Source: Nemertoderma westbladi (taxonomy: Eukaryota > Animalia > Xenacoelomorpha). Taken from it: 64,000 bases of DNA. Each line of letters opens with the position of its first letter. The stretch's first letter is position 1. The stretch lies in contig JAUCBJ010006359.1 of the NCBI GenBank assembly GCA_032718475.1, positions 25,571 to 89,570 of the forward strand, read 5' to 3'. The translations under genes were made by a program, and so were the position numbers. Under the pieces are notes generated by a model. The model had not been told where the DNA came from. It saw only the letters and a program-made list of their open reading frames with translations, and ran no database searches. This document shows positions 40,050 to 48,900 of the stretch, in pieces.

Positions 40050-40550
40050 ATATTGCATAAATTCAAACAATTACAAATACAAATAAATGAAAACAATAAG
40101 AAAGGCTCGCGAGTCTTCCATCTACTATTGCATCTCAAATATTGCATAAATTCAAGTAATTACAAATACTTTCGTACCTAAATGTAGATTGCATAAGTTT
40201 GGAATAATTACAAATATGAGTCTTTCTGAGCACAAAATTTTCTATCTATAAAACTTTCTATTTCACTGTAAATACAAATACTGCTTATAAAATATAAATT
40301 GCATAATATTCGGAACAGTATAAATTGCATAAGTTCGGAATAATTACAAATATAAAATATAAATTCTTACAAATATAAGTCTTACTAAATATAGATATAA
40401 ACTGCATAAGTTTAGAATAATATAAACTCCTTTGCATCTTCAAATATGAAACATAAATCTTTCAAATATAAGTTCCTTCTAAATATAAACTCTCTAAATT
40501 TCATAAATTCGGAACAATACAAATTGCATAAGTTCGGAATAAGCACAAAT
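40050..40550. repeat. ~8 dispersed copies of ATTGCATAAGTTCGGAATAATTACAAATA in the element's 3' UTR
   Basis: Copies near 40052, 40141, 40188, 40298, 40324, 40401, 40499 and 40523. Confidence 0.75.
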
Positions 40551-40636
40551 TTTCTAAATATAAAACATATAATTCAAAATAAATCACAAATCATAAGAAA
40601 GGCTCACGAGTCTTACGTCCACCCTTGCCCTCCCTT

Positions 40637-42151
40637 TTATCGCTTAGTGGATCGAGCCCTGCCGCGTCCTCGAAAACTGCGCACAGGTGACTTTGCTCGC
40701 GATATGGGACTAATGGGGCGAGTCACTGGTTTACTTGGGACGTTGAGAGACGGTGCGACTATTTCCTCGCAAATTCGTCTATTTTGCATCCCAAAACCTC
40801 GACCAATTCCTCGTGACCGATCAGTCGTCACTACAGTTGGTAGAACGTCTGGGAACGCGCGAAAGGCGGACGACGCAGACCCAAGAGTAGCTTGCGCCCC
40901 CTGTTGATCAGCTGGTGTGTGTCCCGATCCTCCTACTGGTTCTCTTGGAAGCGATACCGTATCCCGAGTAACTCGAATAGTCGGCTCAACTCCCTTGCGT
41001 TCTTCTACATTAATAATTTTCTTCAATTGTTGGCCCACTTTCTGGACCCGTATGATCCTACCCTGTCCGTCCTCCCGAGGGTGACGTGCAGACGGCGCAA
41101 CCGGAGTGGCTGGTATATTTGTCGCCTCTAGGACCTCTTCTTCCTCGAATACGCTCGCTCGTATACGTTTGTGGTAAAACGCGGCTCGGTACGCCCATGC
41201 GACGGTTAACCAAGCTCCCTTGTTCCGCTTTTCAGTTCGGAAACGATCGAATTCACCATACGTAATCCGATTAACGACTTTCTGAAAATTCCACGTGTTT
41301 TTGTTATCCGGGTGAATCTGTAGTAGATACTCGCGCACCACTCGGAATCCGCTGTCGTGGGGCAAAATATCGACAACCTCGATAAGTTCGTCATATTGGG
41401 GCATAGCGGAGATATATCCTTCCGACATCATCGTCTGGGGATTTACCGCCCAAAATCCGAGATGCGCTCTCATCGGAAACCGTCTTCTCTGTGCCGATAC
41501 ATGTTCGTCGGCTAAATCTTCCCACTCATCAAATAACTTCCTCACGAGTTTTACAGATTCGTGTTCATAAGGTATGTCCCTTAGTTGGCATTCAGATGCT
41601 CGATGTCCCTTTATATTGCAATAAGTACATTGAGCCACAAATCTCCAGCAAGTATAAAAGGTATGAGACCCTTGATCCCCACACCATCCACAGATTAGCT
41701 GAGTCGTAGTAATGTGCTTTCCACTGCACTTTGCCATATGATGTCCAGCGACGCCACATTTACTACACATCGTATTGGCAGGGTACCACACTCGTTCGTA
41801 TATAAGATCTCCAATCGGTCGAGCGCTTCCTCCCATACTATAATCGTAATCATCTGGGTCTATGGGTTGGTAGGTTTCTGAAGGTTGTATACAAACTATA
41901 GCATCTGTTGCTTCAAGTTGTCGGATCTCCGTCTGAGATTTCTTCGGGAGGTTCCTTTCTATCTCAAGAAGTTCCTCTAAAGGATCGTCGGCGATCGTAG
42001 TAGTTACTTCGAATTCATCACCAAGGTGACCGATAGGCGCGCGCGTCTGCCGTGATTCTTCCGTAATCTCCACGATACGTTCTCCTTCATAGGGTAACAA
42101 TGTAAACATAGATGGTCTTTTGATAAGAGATCCCGCACAGCGAAGATACAC
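40637..42151 (-). CDS. Accessory ORF of the BEL/Pao element: triple CCHC zinc-knuckle protein with Arg/Gly-rich tail
   Basis: CSKCGVAGHHMAKC, CGWCGDQGSHTFYTC, CTYCNIKGHRASEC; C-terminus RSFRGRGRARSTKR; no signal peptide or TM segment visible. True start uncertain. Confidence 0.8.
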   Translation of the reverse strand: MYLRCAGSLIKRPSMFTLLPYEGERIVEITEESRQTRAPIGHLGDEFEVTTTIADDPLEELLEIERNLPKKSQTEIRQLEATDAIVCIQPSETYQPIDPDDYDYSMGGSARPIGDLIYERVWYPANTMCSKCGVAGHHMAKCSGKHITTTQLICGWCGDQGSHTFYTCWRFVAQCTYCNIKGHRASECQLRDIPYEHESVKLVRKLFDEWEDLADEHVSAQRRRFPMRAHLGFWAVNPQTMMSEGYISAMPQYDELIEVVDILPHDSGFRVVREYLLQIHPDNKNTWNFQKVVNRITYGEFDRFRTEKRNKGAWLTVAWAYRAAFYHKRIRASVFEEEEVLEATNIPATPVAPSARHPREDGQGRIIRVQKVGQQLKKIINVEERKGVEPTIRVTRDTVSLPREPVGGSGHTPADQQGAQATLGSASSAFRAFPDVLPTVVTTDRSRGIGRGFGMQNRRICEEIVAPSLNVPSKPVTRPISPISRAKSPVRSFRGRGRARSTKR

Positions 42152-42339
42152 GTCTCGAAATATGCTAAATCCTGCTCGAGTAAAGGCATTGCTGTCTTTG
42201 CGAGCTTCGCTGTACTTTCTGATAATTCCTTTATACCAAATATAGTGTAGTCTTTTGCTCCAAATCGTTCGAATGAAGCTGCCGCTTCCTCTTGGATATC
42301 ATATCCCCATCTCGGCTCTCCTTGTATCCCTTTCTCCAT
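42004..42339 (-). CDS. 111-aa ORF overlapping the accessory ORF; possible N-terminal part of it
   Basis: ATG start; overlaps the 504-aa ORF, which lies in the -1 frame; in-phase G GAT TTA heptamer at 42166-42172. Confidence 0.45.
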   Translation of the reverse strand: MEKGIQGEPRWGYDIQEEAAASFERFGAKDYTIFGIKELSESTAKLAKTAMPLLEQDLAYFETCIFAVRDLLSKDHLCLHCYPMKENVSWRLRKNHGRRARLSVTLVMNSK

Positions 42340-42999
42340 AATTAGGGTGTAGTTACATAATCATTACTACTAGAGGGAATACAACAGAGTTTGTGGTTAG
42401 TTGTGAGGAGACGTGAGAGTTTCGTCTGCCTTTTGGGCTTCGACAACGCTCTAACCTCCTACCCATAGCCTAAGATCTAAGGTTTCTTTAATGACACGCT
42501 GCTTCTTATCTAAAATTTTTGCCGAAATAAAAACGAATTTGGGCTAAACTGGCCGTGAGTCTAAAATACTCACTTTTTGATCCCAAACTATTATCAGAAA
42601 ATAAGCAGTCAAGAATTAGTAATAAATATAGGGGAGTCTATTTTGACGTAACTTATTGAAACAAGACCGTGTAAAATTTAATTAAAAATTTTAAGAAAGG
42701 CTCGCAAGTCTTCCTCTCTTATTTCTCTAATTTTAAGTTCCACCCGACTGTACCCTGAAATCTATTCACTGGAGAAAATTTTAAAAAATTTTTCAAATCC
42801 AAATGGATTGTCTAAAATTTCAAAAATGTCTCAATATTGTGAGTTCCAAGTAGAATTCCATTTCTTATACCTACAAATCCCGCTCCTATGTGACACATAA
42901 GGGTACTACCCTCAATGTTCACATATAAAGACAATGGAATTCTACCGCTGTCTTTACTACAGTGTACAGGTACGTGGAAATCTATTTGTAAACTCCTAA

Positions 43000-45900
43000 T
43001 TATTTACTAATACTAGTTGGAGATTTGTAGTCTCCAGACTCATTACGAGTCTCTTCAAGAAGTACGAGACGTTGAGTCGGTCTGTCTACTGTACGACCGT
43101 CAATTGTCCGTACCGTCACAGTTCTTGTCACTCCATCCATAGATGGATGTGTGGCTAAAATGACACCTGTTATCCAGAAGCGTCTTTTTAGATTCACTTC
43201 TGCTAACAGCACGTGATCTCCCGGCTTTAATGCGCGGGTGTTATTGTACCAGTTTGTTCTGGCAGAAATAGAGGGCAAATAATGGTTTTGCCATATTTCC
43301 CAGAATTTGTTAGCCAGTAGTTGCGTGATTTTCCACGCTTTTCTACCGTAACTGTCGCTTTCTATTGGAATAGAAATAGGTGTCAAAGTTGTCGGTGCCT
43401 GCATAAGCAGGTGTGCCGGTGTCAAAGCAAACTGAGATTGTTTGTCATCGGGTACTAATACTATTGGTCTAGTATTTAGTATTGCCTCGATTTCAACAAA
43501 CAATGTTGTCAGTTGGTCGTCTGTCAGTATGTGGTTTACTGGAATGACCTTTGCCATTGCCGTCTTTATAGATCTAATCAATCTCTCCCAGACTCCGCCT
43601 CTCCAAGGACTATCTGGAGGATTGAACTTCCAAACAATCTTGTGAGGTTGTAGTTCGTTCGAGATTTGATCATGATCTAATTTCTTAAAGGCTCTAGCAA
43701 TCTCATTCCGAGCACCAACAAAGTTTGTCCCTTGGTCTGAGTACAAGCATTTTACTAGTCCGCGTCTAGCGATAAATCGCCGCAGTGCTAGTATAAACGC
43801 GTTGGTGGAAAGATCCATCACACGTTCAATATGAACTGCCCTACTGGACATACATGTGAAAATCAGTCCCCAGCGTTTTACTAGTATACGTCCACGTTTC
43901 GTATGTATGGGACCAAAGCAATCAATACCAGTCTCTGTAAAAGGTGGTCTGAATGCTTGAAGTCGTGCTTGTGGTAGTTCACTCATTTCTTGGGTACCTA
44001 TTCTAGAATGTACCTTTTTACAAATAATACACGTACGTGTCACTGAACTTAATGCTTTACTGGGTCTAATTAATACAAATCTAGTACGTAAGTAGGAAAG
44101 ACAGTGGTGTCTTCCAGCGTGTTTCAGATGTAAATGTGCGTCCAGTATCATTGCACGTTGTAGTTCGTGGTGTTGCGGTATTATTATTGGGTACCTAAAG
44201 TTTGTGTTAAAGTCAATGTTTTGAAGCCGAGATTTATGACAAAGTAAGCCATTATAAATTATCGGACTCCAACTCAGTATTGGTGACGACTTGATTGGTT
44301 GACCTTGATTTATGGATGTGAATTCGCGCGCGAAATATCGCAGTTGATAATGGCGAATTAATATAATTTCACACCTGTCAATCTCAGCTAATGTAAGTCG
44401 ACGTGTAAAGTCATGTTTGCCTTTAACGTATTGTACGAAACGTACAATCCACGCTAATTTTCGGCAAGCGTTTGTCCAAGAATCTGTTAAGTTTACAATA
44501 CGGTCGACATAAGTATTTGTGACGTCATCAGGTAAGTCAATGGAGAACTTGGAAGGTTTTGATTTACTAGAAGGGCCCACGGGTCCGCCGGTAGGTATTC
44601 CCTTGTTGACTGTTGATCCGTCCGGGTCTACAAGTAATTTGTCCTTCTTTGTCTTCTTACCTTGATTGTCGGTACTTTGTAAGTCGATCGTTAATGGTGG
44701 TTTGAACTCTATGGGGTCAGCAGGTTTTGGTAAGCTTAATTTTCTGCCGACATTAATCCCAGGTTTCACCATAGGTTGTAAGTTCGGTATGTCTCTTGAG
44801 CGCAGAGTAACACCTGTATTTACATTAGCGTAGGTACTACCCACATCTGTAATACATGAGGTTTCACCGTGCTTATGGTTGCTCAAGTGTGTCAAAATTG
44901 GTAGTTTGTCAATAGAAGGCCGCTCCAATAGGGAAACTGCGGCTTCACTATTTGTCAGTACGTTACTAGTGTTTAGTCGACTGTCTAGTAATGTGTCTGG
45001 CGATACGTCTGGTAACGTATCTGGTAGTTTGTCAATAGAAGGCCGCTCCAATAGGGAAACTGCGGCTTCACTATTTGTCAGTACGTTACTAGTGTCTGGT
45101 AGAACATTTTGTGATATGTCTGGCAAGATGTCTGGTTGGCTGTCTAGTAACATGTCTGGTTGACCGTCTGGCGATATGTCTGGTGTAGAAAGGCTCGCAA
45201 GTCTTCCTCTCTTGACCTTTGAAGTTATATCCTTCCATTTTGCCTTCGGTTTCTTCTTGAGTTTTGCCGCCGTTGTCTTTTTCTTTGTCTTCCCCTTTTT
45301 TGGTTTCTTGATTTCGGCGTCCTTTGGGATAGTGTTGGATTTGTTGTCGTATAACGGAGGCCAATCTTGTGTCGATTTCTGCAAGAACTGGGGTCCGTGT
45401 TGCCAAAATTCTTTGTTCTCTGGTTTACAGAATTCCTCAGGCATCATTCCTCGCGACGCAATATCAGCTGGGTTTTGTGGTCCGGGACAATGTCGCCAAT
45501 CTTCTTTTATCGAACGGTCTAGAATTTCCGCGCGACGGTTAGCTACGAATGTCTTGAATTCGAGTGTGTCGTTGTTTATGTAAAATAAAACCAACGTCGC
45601 GTCAGTCCAATAAAATATCTGTAAACTCGACTGTAGTTCTGTCTGTATGAGGTTCACGATGGTGGTTGACAGGGTTGCGGCTTGTAGCTCGGCTCGTGGT
45701 GTCGTCATATACTTAGTAGGCATGGTCTTAGCCTTAGAAGTAATGAGCGAAACATCGAACTCGTCTGATTCTACTTGTCTGCGCAAATACGCTGCCACAC
45801 CAAAACCGTTGTCACTGGCGTCAGAAAAACAGTGTAGTTCCAAGTTGTCAGGAAATGTACTTTGTAATGGAAAGTAAACCCTGGGTATGGAATAATCCTC

Positions 45901-48900
45901 TAGCGAAGATAATTCCGCCTCCCAGGTCTTCCATAAGTCCACTTGGTCTGATGAGATCGGCTCGTCCCATGTTAGTCCATCCTTCCATATACTGCGCATA
46001 TAAATGCGGGCTTGCAGTATCACTGGACTGATGAATCCTAACGGATCGAACAATCGGCTCAATTTTGACAAGCATGATCTTTTCGTCAGTGTGTTCCCTT
46101 GACTGTCCAGTCTCACCTTCACTCGAAAGTTGTCTGTGTTTGGGTCCCAAAAGAGCCCCAACACCTTAGTCGTCGGTAGTGGTTCGAACTCTAGGTCTAT
46201 GTCACCACCTCCACGCTCAGTAGTTCCGAATGAGTCTACTAATTCGGCACTGTTTGAGGCGAATTTGGTGAGGTTAAAACCTCCGCCCGCCAAGCAGTCC
46301 CGTAATTGATGTGCTACTGTTGTAGCACGTTCTACTGTGTCGCAACTCTGTAATCCGTCATCAACGTAAAAGTCACGCTCCACAATTCTAATTATCTCTG
46401 GGTCATATAGATGTTTCTGATCCCTAGCGGCCTGCTTTAGGGCGTACATCGTACAGTTTGGGCTGTCTCTGGCACCGAAAACGCGAACTTGCATTTGGTA
46501 AGTCGCCGGTGGTAGACTTAAATCTCCTTCCGGGTACCAGAGGAACCGCAAACTGTCTCTGTCTCGCTCTAACGCTTTTACTTGGTGAAACATCGCTTCA
46601 ACGTCGCAAGTAAAGGCTACTTGACGCTGACGGAAGCGCATAATCACCCCCATAAGATAATTATTCATGTTCGGTCCATCCATCAACTCACTATTGAGGG
46701 ACATTCCCTCAAACAGAGCCGCACAGTCATTGACTACACGTACTTTGTCTGGTTTGTCGGGGTGTCTCACGTAGTGATGTGGCAAGTAGTACGTCTGGTC
46801 GGTCACTCGCTCCGGGTTAGTCATTCGGATAGCGTATCCCTTTGTCAAATACGTCTCCATCTGAGTGTTATACTGCAGATGGGCTTTCTCGTCCTTTAAT
46901 AGACGTTGCCGTATTGAGTGTAGACGTCTTAAAGCCAGTGGATAGTTGTTTATAAGTTTAGGACTTTGGCTACGCCATAACATCCCTACCTCATAATGTC
47001 CGTCCTTCGTCTGGTGGATAGTATCTTCCATGATCTTCAGAGATTGTTTCTCCTGTTCCGACATGCAAGGTTCGTAGCTACCAGGTTCAGCTGTATCTTG
47101 TTCTAACCACCTGATAGTCTTCTCCGTTAATTCTTTGTCCAATGCGGCCTGTTCCAACTGATGATTTCTCAACGCGTCATCATCGATATCGACTGGCATT
47201 GTTGAGGTTGTTGGGGTAGGTAGACTCGCAAGCCTATCATCTGTCGTCGATGGAATCTCTAGCTGACTCGTCTTCTCCCCAAGTTCTAAACTCACCTTGT
47301 GGATTAGCTGCTCCTTGTGACTTATCATACTAGTCACACGTCTGTCACGTTTTGTCGACTGTAGTGTAGTATGGTTCACGTCGTGTGAGAAGGAATGAAT
47401 AGAATTTGTAGTTAGTAAACTACATGTACTTTGTACATCTTCCTCGTCACTTATGTCTAGTGTGCGCACAGGCGCTCGAGTATACCACCCTATCGGCGTT
47501 CTACAGGCGTATGCGTTTCCCGCTACGACTGCCGATGGTCTGGTTTCCCACACCTGATGTAGGTTGAATTGGTCCGTCCCGATCAGCATGGCTACCGATC
47601 TATAATTGACAGGACATTCGGGTACACCAAGGTGTCTGAAATACTTACGGTCCTCTAGAGATTGTTCCGGCACTGGACCTAGTAGGTTACTAAAGTCCTT
47701 CGTAGCCGCAAAGGTTAGATCTCTAAAGGGCAACAAAGACCTCTCCCTCTCGCTGTGCTGCGATTTTGGAAGAAGAGAGTCTAAGTCCAACTTAACTCGT
47801 GTCACTGGTATTGCACGCTGTCCGTGCATACTACTTACTGTATAACTGACGTGCTTACCTTGTTTAAGATCCGTCACTACGTCAGCTATCTTTTCATCCA
47901 CGTAGCTATGAGATGAGGCTGAATCTAGAATCGCGTAGATCCTCTTACTCCCCTTTGTGCCAGTGATCTTAATCGGGATTACACTGAATCCCTTCAGTTG
48001 ATCAGTAGTCAGGAGCGCGATCGACGGTTGTTCGTCTCCATTGGAATATTCATCGTCGTCTTCTGATTCTTCGTCCGACGATCCGGATTGTTCTGAGAAG
48101 CAATCCTCAATATGGGTCACGAAGGTTGGAGTCGTTTTCGATTCTCGTTTTCGGTAGGCCGCATCACATCTCGCTGCTGCTTCCGGGTGTTCCCTGGCGA
48201 AGCGTTTCGTCGGCGTGTGGCTGTCTGTGTGGAGCAGACCGTCGTGATTGCGTCCACAGGATGGACAAGTGTCGGTATTTGGGCAGTCTTTACGGACGTG
48301 TCCGTGTCGCGTACACCGCCAACAAGAGTCCAGTGGCCGTATTTGCAGCCGTCGTTCTTCCGAGTTCAACTCGCGAAATTGTCGACAACCTCGTAACTTG
48401 TGACCGATATACCGCTTACCTAGATGCTCGCAGTATTGGCAGCCGTTGAAGTCGATGCTGAGTTGCTGTCTCGTCTGTTTCGTCCCAATGGGCGCAGATA
48501 CTCTATTACCGTCTGAGAATTGTCGTGATTCCGTCGGTGTGGCGTAAGTGGCCGTCTTAGTGGATGTTGTCTGGGGTTTTTGTCGGTTGGAGGATGGCAG
48601 TGTGATTCCTTCTGCCACGATGTGCTGGTCGGTGTAGTTAGATCGAGTTTCTACTACCGCCTCCCTGGATATTAAAAGGTACACATCTTCTAATTTTAAG
48701 AATCCTCCCCGCTCCTCTCGCTGGTATTCGACCTTCCTCCACTCCCGACGAAGTCGATGGTGGAGTCGTCCTATGATTTTTAATAGGACTGTAGGAGTAT
48801 TCCCGTAATCAAGTTGTCCAATTGATCTTAAGGTAGTGATAGCGTTCTTGATCTCGTCAGCTAGTTTTAGTAAGTCGACGGGTTTAGTGATAGCCCCTCC

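Noticed and set aside
40637-42151. env gene
   Set aside because: No signal peptide or transmembrane helix; it has CCHC knuckles instead.
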